A DNA stretch of 64,000 bases from Bianqueaceae bacterium (GCA_045632125.1 JAZQWC010000008.1:20861-84860); one strand, 5' to 3'. Positions 9,309 to 18,301 are shown, counted from the stretch's first letter. Numbers and translations are program-made. The notes: generated by a model from the letters alone, not told the origin.

Positions 9309-10202
9309 ATGAGTTATATGCGATTGTTTATAGAGCTGCGAAAAGAAGAGAGTAGTGCTCCCTGCGGACAGGTACGGGTGGAACTGCAGGATCAGCCAGG
9401 CAGGGTGGACTGTAAGGTGCGCTGCAGTCTGATGGGCCTGCCTGCCGGGCAGTTATATGAGATGGTCTTGCTATGCGAGCAGGGTGGTCACTATAAAGAG
9501 TATCCCTTGGGCCAGTTTGGAGTGAATCCGCGGGGACAAGCCGGGCCAATGTTTCGTGGTAGCTTTCCAGAGGAGCTGGGACAGATTCCGGTGACGGAGT
9601 TTAAAGCTGTGGTAGCCAGAGGCTCCGGTAGTAGTCGGTTGGTGGGATTTCGCTTTGAACCCATGTTGATTCCATGGCGATATGAGGAAACTTCGACAGC
9701 AAAAGTGGTGGGGGAAGCTGCGCCGACTGCGGAACCCGAGCCTACGGTGGAACCGGTTGTGGAAGCCATGGAGAAGTCAACTATAGAGATGGCGTACACA
9801 GAAAATGAGTCTGAAACTGTATACGTCAAGGAAGAAACGATACCGGAAATGACGGAGAAAAAAGAAGTCTTGCCGGAACCTGAGGAAATCGAAGATGGAG
9901 TGGTCTTGCAAGAGGCAACGGCAGAGCGAGAACCAGCGGCTTTTGCGCCCACGGCGATATTTATGCTGCGTGAGCTGAGTCAGGTGAATCTGGTGTGTGG
10001 CGATGCGGGCCGGCGTGCATTTCAGCGGTATCGGCATTTGATTTTGGCGCAGCAGGGAAATGAAAATTACCTGGGAATTCCCTGTCGTTTTCGACCGACT
10101 CATGAGGCAGAACTGGCGGTGGAGGGGTATACGCTTTTTTATACGCCCCATGGCGATGTGCCGAGCTTTGGGGAGTTTGGATATTGGATGAAGCGGCTGT
10201 AG
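9309..10202 (+). CDS. Hypothetical protein with an acidic Glu/Pro/Thr-rich central linker
   Basis: Open frame with AGGAGG SD 6 nt upstream of ATG 9309. No family motif recognised. The C-terminal segment NYLGIPCRF...GYWMKRL looks globular. Confidence 0.6.
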   Translation: MSYMRLFIELRKEESSAPCGQVRVELQDQPGRVDCKVRCSLMGLPAGQLYEMVLLCEQGGHYKEYPLGQFGVNPRGQAGPMFRGSFPEELGQIPVTEFKAVVARGSGSSRLVGFRFEPMLIPWRYEETSTAKVVGEAAPTAEPEPTVEPVVEAMEKSTIEMAYTENESETVYVKEETIPEMTEKKEVLPEPEEIEDGVVLQEATAEREPAAFAPTAIFMLRELSQVNLVCGDAGRRAFQRYRHLILAQQGNENYLGIPCRFRPTHEAELAVEGYTLFYTPHGDVPSFGEFGYWMKRL

Positions 10203-10481
10203 GCCTTAGATCCGGTGGGAAAGGATGATCTGTCAGCAGGAGCCCTCGCAGTTCCCCATGGTTTGCTGATATTTATACGCAATACAACTCACTTTTTTGT
10301 ACGTAGTGAGCTATTTTGAGCTTTAACTGCGTATATTTTGTACGTAGCCCAGTCTATATTGTTGTACTATGCTGATAATTTGTCAGCAAAACCTTAAAAA
10401 TCAGTACAGAAAGCGTACATCCGATTCAGAAAAAAGAGAAAAAGAGTAGAATAACTTCAAGTTGGGGCTGCTCTTTTATTC

Positions 10482-10510
10482 TTGCACATTGAGAAAAAAT
10501 CTGGTATGAT
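10482..10510 (+). promoter_or_regulatory. Candidate sigma-A promoter of the HAD hydrolase gene
   Basis: TTGCAC (10482-10487), 17-nt spacer, TATGAT (10505-10510). Confidence 0.45.
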
Positions 10511-10550
10511 AAATATAATGAATTGCTTATGAAAAAAAGAGGTAAAACCA

Positions 10551-11243
10551 ATGAAAAAGGGAGTTATATTTGATCTGGATGGTACGCTGCTGAACACGCT
10601 GTATGATCTGGCGACGGCGGGCAATCATGTGCTGAAAGTGCTGGGCCGAGAGGAGTATCCGGTGGAAGCGTATAAACTGATGGTGGGAAACGGAATTCCC
10701 AATTTGGTGCATCGCCTTCTGGCGGGCACGAATGCGCATACCGAGCCGCAGGTGGAGAAAGAGGCCTTTGCCAAGGTGCAGGAGCCGTTGTTTGAAAAGG
10801 CATTGGCAGAATTCATGGATTTTTATAGCGTGCATTCCGAGGATCAGACGGCTCCCTATGAGGGAATCGAAGAGATGCTGGCACGTCTGAAGACGGCCGG
10901 AGTGAAGATGGCGGTGGTGTCTAACAAGGCAGACGGCCCTGTAAAGCAGTTGGTTCCCAAATATTTTGGACAAGTGTTTACTGTAGCACTTGGTTCGAGG
11001 CCGGGCGTGCCCAACAAGCCGGATCCGGCGTCCACCCGAGAGGCTTTGCAGCTGTTGGGTCTGACGGAGGCTGAGGTTTTGTATGTGGGTGATAGTAATG
11101 TGGATATGATCACGGCAAACAACGCTGGACTAGAGAGCTGCGGCGTGCTGTGGGGCTTTCGTGATGAGAAGGAACTGCGCTCAGCGGGAGCCAAGTATCT
11201 GGCAACTATAGCAACAGAGCTGGAGAAGTTGATATTGGAGTAA
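10551..11243 (+). CDS. HAD-superfamily hydrolase, phosphoglycolate phosphatase-like
   Basis: HAD motif I FDLDGTLLNT, motif II VVSNK and motif IV VGDSNVDM. Confidence 0.88.
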   Translation: MKKGVIFDLDGTLLNTLYDLATAGNHVLKVLGREEYPVEAYKLMVGNGIPNLVHRLLAGTNAHTEPQVEKEAFAKVQEPLFEKALAEFMDFYSVHSEDQTAPYEGIEEMLARLKTAGVKMAVVSNKADGPVKQLVPKYFGQVFTVALGSRPGVPNKPDPASTREALQLLGLTEAEVLYVGDSNVDMITANNAGLESCGVLWGFRDEKELRSAGAKYLATIATELEKLILE

Positions 11244-11251
11244 GGGTAACT

Positions 11252-11755
11252 ATGTTTAAATTTTGCTATCTAAATAAGAATGAATTTGAGGAATATGCGC
11301 GTGGGCTGTTTACAGTTTTGTGTGAAAATATGAGTCAAATTGCACCCACTGGAAATAGCTGGGAAGAGGATTTTCAGTTCTGGTCACAGGCAATGCGTGA
11401 AGAATTACAGAGCGAAAAGCGTCAAATCATCATGATCATTCATAAGGAATCAGAGGGGATTATTGGGTATTTTCAGTATTCAGTGAATGAAGCTATTTTC
11501 ATGATGGAGGAAATACAGATCGATCAAGCATATCAAGGGAAGTATCATATTTTCAGAAATCTGTACGGTTTTATTATTGAAAATATGGAAGCTGAAATTA
11601 AGTTGGTGGAAGCCTATGCGAACAAGAGAAATTCAAAGTCCATGGGTATCCTTAGAAAACTAGGGCTTGAAATCGTAGGTGAAAATAAAAGAGGGACGAG
11701 TTATCTTTTCAGAGGCAACTATGTTGATATGCTGAAATGGTTTGAAGAAAGGTAA
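11252..11755 (+). CDS. GNAT family N-acetyltransferase (putative)
   Basis: Size and the beta4-alpha3 region IQIDQAYQGKYHIFRNLY resemble the GNAT acetyl-CoA binding segment. Weak, by eye only. Confidence 0.5.
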   Translation: MFKFCYLNKNEFEEYARGLFTVLCENMSQIAPTGNSWEEDFQFWSQAMREELQSEKRQIIMIIHKESEGIIGYFQYSVNEAIFMMEEIQIDQAYQGKYHIFRNLYGFIIENMEAEIKLVEAYANKRNSKSMGILRKLGLEIVGENKRGTSYLFRGNYVDMLKWFEER

Positions 11756-11768
11756 GTGAGGTTTCATA

Positions 11769-12178
11769 ATGGAAAGATACCCTGTTACTGAAAAAGATCA
11801 TGAACTGATTAAAATTGGTTAAAAGTCTTGGAAGAAAACTTTGATGATGGTATATACAATCACACCGTTGGCTGTGCTGTTTTGTGTAAGAATGGAAATA
11901 TATACAAGGGTGTAAACTGTGATGGCATTCATGGTTCCTGCGCAGAGTACATCACTATTGGTATCGCGATTTCAAATGGAGAACGAGACTTTGATACAAT
12001 TGTTGCGGTGCATGAAAAACATTTGAACTGCGTGATCCCGCCTTGTGGCAATTGCAGGCAGATGCTGTATGAATATTGTCCGGACATCAAAGTGATAGTA
12101 AATGATGAAAACGGAAACTTGATTAAAGTGAAAGCAAGAGATCTGCTACCTTTTGCATGGGAACCGGTAATTTGTTAA
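11769..12178 (+). pseudogene. Cytidine/blasticidin-S deaminase-like zinc deaminase with an apparent 1-nt frameshift near the 5' end
   Basis: Zn-deaminase motifs CAEY and PCGNCRQ lie in frame 2 (11813-12178). The only SD-preceded start (GAGG-N7-ATG 11769) is in frame 0 and hits TAA at 11820-11822. The TTG at 11828 has no SD. Confidence 0.6.
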
Positions 12179-12242
12179 AGATAAGCTAAAATTTTGCTAT
12201 CTATGGAACAAGATTATTTCCGTTAAAGATATAATAGATCGT

Positions 12243-12581
12243 GACTGCATGTAAAGTTTTATTTTTGAATTAGTGCATGCAGTTTTTGCAATTTTGGGTG
12301 CATGTCAGCCCTGTATATATGGAAAATTCATCCTCTCTATGATGAGAACTGGAGGATGAATATCTTCTTGTTTCGGTGCTGCGCATGCAGTCGGGCATGG
12401 AAAAGAGGATGCAAAACGCTGTTTTAAGGCGTTTGCATCCTCTTATTTTGTGTTCAATTTCTATTTTTTGGTAATTTCTCATCATCTAGTGCATGAATTT
12501 TGAATGATCAAAGGGCATACATGCAGTCAACTTACTAAAAACTGCATGCATACATTCGAAACCAGATCAACACATGCAGTC
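12243..12581. repeat. Cluster of CATGCAGT(C) motifs and hairpins in a convergent intergenic region
   Basis: Motif copies at 12243-12251 (-), 12276-12283 (+), 12384-12392 (+), 12520-12528 (+), 12541-12548 (-) and 12573-12581 (+). Hairpins at 12327-12360 and about 12404-12441 share GAGGATG/CATCCTC arms. Confidence 0.6.
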
Positions 12582-12601
12582 GCGGTGATAAAATCGCAGA
12601 T

Positions 12602-13165
12602 TTACTTCACATAATCCTTCAAATACACATAATATTCCGGCGTGTGGAACTTATGGCGCATGGTGGGGTTCATGGCAAACAGGTGCTTATCCATCTCACC
12701 GCCATCGGTCTCCAGTCGGTAGGCATTGAAGTAGATCTCACCGTCGTAGCAAATGTCGCCCAGACCCTTGCGTACGGCATCCTTATTAAAGGAAACCTCG
12801 GCAATATAGCCGCCTTCGGTCAGGGTCACATTGCTGGTCACGAAACAGTCTTCCACGAAGTTGATGTTCAGGATCGGCTCGTCCTTTTCGTCCTCACCGT
12901 TGTAATCCATCAGAGCCACCATCAGATCATTCTTAGGGCTGATCTCGATTTCATAATAATGACAACGCTCCGGATCGGCACCGATCAAGATCTCGCAGGC
13001 ATCACCTTCGGAATGGATCTGATTATAACCGCTGTGGGGGCAATAATAAGCAGAATGCTCTGCCACAAAACGGAAAGTCAAACGGTTGTCCTTTTCGGTA
13101 ATTTCAACGGTGGTATTATATACCGCTTCGCCGCCGGTGCGGCAATCTTTCAGCTGATAGATCAT
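12602..13165 (-). CDS. Carbohydrate-binding family 9-like (DOMON-like) protein, no signal peptide
   Basis: About 187-aa beta-rich protein. Pattern YYEIEISP...NAYR...FHTPEYY resembles cytoplasmic CBM9-like proteins. By-eye assignment. Confidence 0.5.
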   Translation of the reverse strand: MIYQLKDCRTGGEAVYNTTVEITEKDNRLTFRFVAEHSAYYCPHSGYNQIHSEGDACEILIGADPERCHYYEIEISPKNDLMVALMDYNGEDEKDEPILNINFVEDCFVTSNVTLTEGGYIAEVSFNKDAVRKGLGDICYDGEIYFNAYRLETDGGEMDKHLFAMNPTMRHKFHTPEYYVYLKDYVK

Positions 13166-13183
13166 GATGCAAAAGCCTCCTGA

Positions 13184-13897
13184 TTAGATAATCTGTTGTA
13201 ATTTTTGAAGTTCATCCTCGGTCAATTCGCGGCACTCACCCAAAGGCAGATCCTCCGGCAGGAACAAATTTCCCATGGCCAGTCGGTGCAGCCGCACCAC
13301 CTTGCCGCCGAAGCAGCCAAACATCCGCTTGATCTGATGATACCGTCCCTCGCGCAGGGTCACGATACCCGTATGGGAACCTGTGATCTCCAGCTTTGCC
13401 TCCTGGCAAACACCATCGTTTAGTTCCACACCAGCGGCAAAGCCGCTAACCATCTCGGGGCTCATGGGCACGTCGATTTCCACCAGATACACCTTCTGCA
13501 CATGCTTTTTTGGCGATAAGATTCTATGAGCCATGGCACCATCATCGGTGATGATCATAAGACCTGTGGTATCCTTATCCAAGCGACCTGCGGGGAACAG
13601 CTCGCGGCCACGATATTCTTCCGGTACCAGTTCCAGTACCGTAGCCTGAGACTTATCCTCAGTAGCGGACACATAGCCCTGGGGCTTGTGCAGCATCAGA
13701 TACACGTTTCTCTTGAACACCAGCTCCGCGCCGTTCACCACGATGCGTGCAGTATCAGGATCCACCTTCTCACTGGAGGAGCGGATGGCCACTCCATCCA
13801 CCAGCACGCGGCGGCGGGAGACTAAAGCTTTCACCTCGCTACGGGAATACTGCCCCTGAGAAACAATGAGTTTATCCACACGTTCCAACATAGTCAA
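13184..13897 (-). CDS. RsuA/RluB-family rRNA pseudouridine synthase with an N-terminal S4 domain
   Basis: S4-like N-terminus (RVDKLIVSQGQYSRSEVKALV) and catalytic motif GRLDKDTTGL. Confidence 0.88.
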   Translation of the reverse strand: MTMLERVDKLIVSQGQYSRSEVKALVSRRRVLVDGVAIRSSSEKVDPDTARIVVNGAELVFKRNVYLMLHKPQGYVSATEDKSQATVLELVPEEYRGRELFPAGRLDKDTTGLMIITDDGAMAHRILSPKKHVQKVYLVEIDVPMSPEMVSGFAAGVELNDGVCQEAKLEITGSHTGIVTLREGRYHQIKRMFGCFGGKVVRLHRLAMGNLFLPEDLPLGECRELTEDELQKLQQII

Positions 13898-13903
13898 ACT
13901 CCA

Positions 13904-16078
13904 TTACAGTTTCATGGTAAGGCCGATACGTTTTTTCGCAATGTCAAGGCTGATTACCTTAACTTCCACGATATCGCCTACCTTTACAGCATCCAGCGGA
14001 TGCTTAATGAACTTATGGCTCAGCTGGGAAATATGCACCAAACCGTCCTGATGCACGCCGATATCCACGAAAGCACCAAAGTCGATAACATTACGCACGG
14101 TACCCTTTAAAATCATGCCTACTTTCAAATCCTCCATGGACATTACGTCGGTACGCAAAATAGGAGCGGGCATTTCGCTTCGGGGATCACGGCCGGGTTT
14201 AGCCAGCTCAGCGGCAATATCCAGCAGGGTGGGCACACCGATGCCCAGTTCGTCGGCCAGCTTCTGCTGATCCATACCTTTGATCTGAACCAACAAACGA
14301 GGCATACCTGCACGCAGGGCGCCACTGGCGGAAAGCTCTTCCAGATCATAGCCCATCAGGGTCAGCAGGGCTTTGGCCGCCTCGTAAGACTCCGGATGAA
14401 CAGCGGTGTTATCCAAGGGTTCCTTGCCATCGCGAATGCGCAGGAAACCGGCACACTGTTCAAAGGCCTTGGGACCAAGCTTAGCCACTTTGAGCAGTTC
14501 GCGGCGGCTTTTGAAGCTGCCGTTTTCTTCGCGGTAAGCCACGATGTTCTTGGCGATCACCTTGCTGATACCGGAAATATAGGAAAGCAGGGAAGGAGAT
14601 GCGGTGTTCACATCCACACCTACTTTATTTACACAGTCTTCCACCACGCCGGTCAGGGAAGCGCTCAGCTTCTTTTGATCCATGTCGTGCTGATACTGAC
14701 CAACGCCGATGGATTTCGGGTCGATCTTAACCAGTTCGGCCAGAGGATCCTGCAGGCGGCGGCCGATGGAAGCGGCACTTCTCAGGGCCACGTCGAAGTC
14801 CGGGAATTCCTCGGTACCCAGCTTGGAAGCGGAGTATACGCTGGCACCGGCTTCGTTTACGATCACATAGCTGGCCTTAACAGGGGCGGTGGGATTATAG
14901 GATGCCAAAACTTCGGCTACGAACTGCTCCGACTCGCGGGAAGCAGTACCATTGCCGATGGCAATAATATCGATACGATGGTTTTTCAAAAGAGCCATCA
15001 ATTTCATGCGGGCTTCGGGAATACGTCCGGGGCCGGAAGTGGGATAGATCACACCAGTCTCCAGCACCTTACCGGTCTCGTCCAGAGCCGCCAGTTTGCA
15101 GCCGGTACGGAAAGCAGGGTCAAAGCCCAACACACGCTTGCCAATAATGGGGGGCTGCATCAACAGCTGGGACAGGTTCTTGCCAAATACATGGATGGCG
15201 CCATCCTCAGCCTTTTCGGTCATTTCGGCGCGGATCTCGTTTTCGATGGAAGAAGCGATCAGACGCTTATAGGCATCCTGAATAGTAGCCTGCAAAAACT
15301 CACGGCGTAGATCCGAAAGTACGATTTTATTTTCCAGATATTTTAAGATCTCATCCACGGGAGCTTCCATGGTAACCGCCAGCATTTTTTCGGCTTCGCC
15401 GCGGTTCAGGGCCAGCACCTGATGGCCAGCAACCTTTACAATGGCTTCGGAGTAGTCATAGTACATTTCGTATACGCTGGTTTCCTCAGGATTTTTAGCC
15501 TTGGATGCCAGGCGACCCTTCTGCTGGGTCAGCTGGCGGATGCGGCGGCGATAGTCGGCATCGTCGGCGATGATTTCGGCGATGATGTCGGAGGCGCCGG
15601 CCAAGGCAGCAGCGGTGTCGGGAACTTCCTTAGCCTCGTCCACGTAGGGAACGGCCAGGTCAGCCAGCTCGCCGGTCTGAGTCTGCTCGAAGATCAGGGT
15701 AGCCAAAGGCTCCAAGCCGCGCTCTTTTGCAATGATGGCGCGGGTACGGCGTTTGGGGCGGAAGGGGCGATACAGATCCTCCACCTCCACCATGGTTTTA
15801 GCATTTTGGATCTGGGCCAGCAGCTCGGGGGTCATCTTTTCCTGCTCGGTAATAGAGCCGATGACCTGTTCCTTTTTGGCCTCCAAATTGCGCAGATAGG
15901 TAAGGCGCTCGCTGAAATTACGCAGAATTTCGTCGCTGAGGGTGCCGTGTTGCTCTTTACGATAACGAGCGATGAAGGGGATGGTGTTGCCCTCATCGAT
16001 CAGCTGGATCACGTTAGTAACCTGCCACTCCTGCAGGGAAAGCTCCTGCTGCAGTTGGCGGTTGATCAAATCTGACAT
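13904..16078 (-). CDS. tex: Tex family transcription accessory protein (S1 RNA-binding domain protein)
   Basis: 724 aa with a Tex N-terminal region (IPFIARYRKE), YqgF/HHH middle and C-terminal S1 domain (GTVRNVIDFGAFVDIG). Confidence 0.93.
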   Translation of the reverse strand: MSDLINRQLQQELSLQEWQVTNVIQLIDEGNTIPFIARYRKEQHGTLSDEILRNFSERLTYLRNLEAKKEQVIGSITEQEKMTPELLAQIQNAKTMVEVEDLYRPFRPKRRTRAIIAKERGLEPLATLIFEQTQTGELADLAVPYVDEAKEVPDTAAALAGASDIIAEIIADDADYRRRIRQLTQQKGRLASKAKNPEETSVYEMYYDYSEAIVKVAGHQVLALNRGEAEKMLAVTMEAPVDEILKYLENKIVLSDLRREFLQATIQDAYKRLIASSIENEIRAEMTEKAEDGAIHVFGKNLSQLLMQPPIIGKRVLGFDPAFRTGCKLAALDETGKVLETGVIYPTSGPGRIPEARMKLMALLKNHRIDIIAIGNGTASRESEQFVAEVLASYNPTAPVKASYVIVNEAGASVYSASKLGTEEFPDFDVALRSAASIGRRLQDPLAELVKIDPKSIGVGQYQHDMDQKKLSASLTGVVEDCVNKVGVDVNTASPSLLSYISGISKVIAKNIVAYREENGSFKSRRELLKVAKLGPKAFEQCAGFLRIRDGKEPLDNTAVHPESYEAAKALLTLMGYDLEELSASGALRAGMPRLLVQIKGMDQQKLADELGIGVPTLLDIAAELAKPGRDPRSEMPAPILRTDVMSMEDLKVGMILKGTVRNVIDFGAFVDIGVHQDGLVHISQLSHKFIKHPLDAVKVGDIVEVKVISLDIAKKRIGLTMKL

Positions 16079-16149
16079 AGTGTACCTCCAAATGAAATAT
16101 ATGCAAATTGCGCCGTGGGCGCAAAAATGACGTAATAGCTTGCCTTGAT

Positions 16150-16178
16150 ATTATAGACAATATGGGGCCAAAAGTCAA
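16150..16178 (-). promoter_or_regulatory. Candidate sigma-A promoter of tex
   Basis: On the minus strand: TTGACT (16178-16173), 17-nt spacer, TATAAT (16155-16150). The palindrome TTGCGCCGTGGGCGCAA (16108-16124) lies in the predicted 5' UTR. Confidence 0.5.
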
Positions 16179-16422
16179 ACTGGAGATGAAGGTAGATGGA
16201 TATCGAAAATATACTAATATTGTATCATTTTTGATAATGAAAAGGGCTGCAAAAGTTATATATAACTATTAGAACATTTTTATAGGACGTTTTGCGGCTC
16301 CCATTCTGAGAAATGAGCTTAACGTACATCGAAACGTTTTTTGCACGAAAATGCTGATGATTTAATTATTTGATATATATCAGTAATATGATAAATTTCC
16401 ATAGTTGGCATTTTCCAGATTT

Positions 16423-17451
16423 TCATTCAGCAAGTCCTCCTTTTAGTATATTGAGTAATTCTGTTACCGGTGTAAATATCATACGATTAAGGGAATAGTG
16501 AAAGCCATTTTTATTTTTAGTGGAGGTAATAATACCTGCTTTTTTTAGAACACGAAGATGATGACTTAAAGAGGAGGGTGCAATTTCCAGACGGGACAAA
16601 ATATCAGCAGTATTTTGCGAACCATTTTCGTGAAGAATCTTGACAATTTTTAGTCGATGAGGATCACCTAGTGCGGCAAAGATTTTTTCGATATTGTTAG
16701 AAGAGGGGGGAGTAGTTATAGAGTTAATAGTGTCTGAAAAATTTATACCGGTAATAATCCAATTCTGAGTTGGGGCAATGTTGTAGGCTAGAAATCGATA
16801 CATTACATGACAGATTGAATAGCTAAAGGAACAAGTATGCACATTCTTTAGTTCGGGATGATCATAATTGATTAATGAGATTAAGGAATTTTCATCTATC
16901 GTCTTTGTGGAAGATTCAGTATAGTAACATTGATGAATTCGTTGATAGTATTGCTTGATAAAGGACGTGAGTTGTGTTAGGTATGGTTCTGGATGAATAT
17001 AAAATCCAAGTAGATATACTTTCATCTTATCGGGTAGTATTGAAGATGTACGAATTAAATTTTCACCTTCGCTAAGACTGGACGGGTAATGATTAAAATA
17101 AAAACAAAAAAGCTTATTCTTCATGAAAGTAGTATCGGAAAGAAGTCGAGTGAATGAACTGAGAGTGAGGGTATTAAATTTTTCGTCAAGCAGTGTTAAG
17201 AGTAGTTCGGATAAAAAATTGTGAGCAACGCTATTATTCTTATAAAAGAATAATAGAAGTTCCTTTGGCAGTAAAGGCATTTTTTTTATAACAGTTTTTA
17301 GGTGTTGAATTTCCTTTTTATCTTCTTCAGAAGGAGAGATTGGAGCGATACAAGAGCGCATTATAGAAAAATCATTTAATCCTATAGAAATGAGTTTGAT
17401 GGAATCTACCAATAAACCGGGATCCTTATAAAAGGTAAAAGAGTAAGACAT
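16423..17451 (-). CDS. ArsR/SmtB-type winged-helix regulator with a ~250-aa uncharacterised N-terminal domain
   Basis: C-terminal HTH LGDPHRLKIVKILHENGSQNTADILSRLEIAPSSLSHHLRVLKKAGII is ArsR-like. N-terminal two-thirds has no recognisable motif. Very AT-rich. Confidence 0.7.
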   Translation of the reverse strand: MSYSFTFYKDPGLLVDSIKLISIGLNDFSIMRSCIAPISPSEEDKKEIQHLKTVIKKMPLLPKELLLFFYKNNSVAHNFLSELLLTLLDEKFNTLTLSSFTRLLSDTTFMKNKLFCFYFNHYPSSLSEGENLIRTSSILPDKMKVYLLGFYIHPEPYLTQLTSFIKQYYQRIHQCYYTESSTKTIDENSLISLINYDHPELKNVHTCSFSYSICHVMYRFLAYNIAPTQNWIITGINFSDTINSITTPPSSNNIEKIFAALGDPHRLKIVKILHENGSQNTADILSRLEIAPSSLSHHLRVLKKAGIITSTKNKNGFHYSLNRMIFTPVTELLNILKGGLAE

Positions 17452-17600
17452 AAGTCCTCCGCTAGACAGTGTATTCTTGTGTGAAATATAACTTATGATA
17501 ACTAAATTATATCTACTATTTTACCTTTTTGCAATAAAGTAGTATGAAAATTATGAAATGAAAAAAGACGAAACGAAAAAAGTTACTTGTGCACGAGCGG

Positions 17601-17629
17601 TTGACGGATGGCGGTAAGGGAAGTATAAT
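17601..17629 (+). promoter_or_regulatory. Candidate sigma-A promoter with a ~270-nt leader before the 17906 CDS
   Basis: TTGACG (17601-17606), 17-nt spacer, TATAAT (17624-17629). Confidence 0.55.
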
Positions 17630-17905
17630 GAAGATACAAAATTGAATGAACTTAGTTAAAATGTTCATCAATATAGTTTCTTAAAGAGATAAAACATAAA
17701 TGATTGGATGAAGAGTTTTCATCAGTAAGAAAGGAAGTGAGTCCAATGGGTAAAGAGGAAAGTGTCGATGTTACAGAGTCTTATATATATGTTAGGACTC
17801 ACGGATCTGTTATAACCTAATAGATTCACAGGTTGAAGTAGAGGGTAATATACAATGAATCTGTTTCGACTATAGATACGTAATAATACGTAGTGAGGTT
17901 TAATT

Positions 17906-18301
17906 ATGCGAAAGAAGAAAATGATAGCTTGTATGATGTTATCTATATTGCTAGTAAATATCATGCAGATGACAGTTTGGGCAGATGATGTAGATTCATA
18001 TTCTGTCGAGGTAAATGGTGTAACATATGAGTGTATCTTATATGGAGCAGGAGGTTATGCACAGGCAAATACGTATGCTAGTTCAGGTCCTGTTGGTTCA
18101 ATCGCTATGTGGGGAGTGATGGTTTCGCAGCTTCATTCCGTTCCCTATAATTTTTCGACAGCTGATTGTGTTCAGTCAAGTGACTATACTGGACATTATA
18201 GGATTCATCTATGTGCAAGTTGCGATGACTATATTGTTCAGAATGCAAATTCGACGCACTATTTTGCTAATCGTAGTGCAAGATTGTCTGTGAATGTGTG
18301 A
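17906..18301 (+). CDS. Small secreted hypothetical protein (signal peptide, 4 Cys in the mature part)
   Basis: N-terminus MRKKKMIACMMLSILLVNIMQMTVWADD looks like a Sec signal peptide. GAGG SD upstream. No family recognised. Confidence 0.6.
   Translation: MRKKKMIACMMLSILLVNIMQMTVWADDVDSYSVEVNGVTYECILYGAGGYAQANTYASSGPVGSIAMWGVMVSQLHSVPYNFSTADCVQSSDYTGHYRIHLCASCDDYIVQNANSTHYFANRSARLSVNV

Noticed and set aside
10203-10550. Possibility that this long spacer encodes a known housekeeping RNA (SRP RNA, 6S RNA, tmRNA, RNase P)
   Set aside because: None of the conserved core motifs of those RNAs could be recognised by eye. It is kept only as an unexplained repeat-containing region.
11810-11830. Programmed ribosomal frameshift in the deaminase gene
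   Set aside because: There is no X-XXY-YYZ slippery heptamer or downstream stimulatory structure at the shift site. A 1-nt indel in GGTTAAAAG is the simpler explanation.
12270-12485. 71-aa minus-strand ORF in the CATGCAGT-motif region
   Set aside because: There is no SD, and the reading frame runs straight through the hairpin arms. The translation is Cys/Ser/Arg-rich noise. The region is better explained as non-coding repeat or structure.
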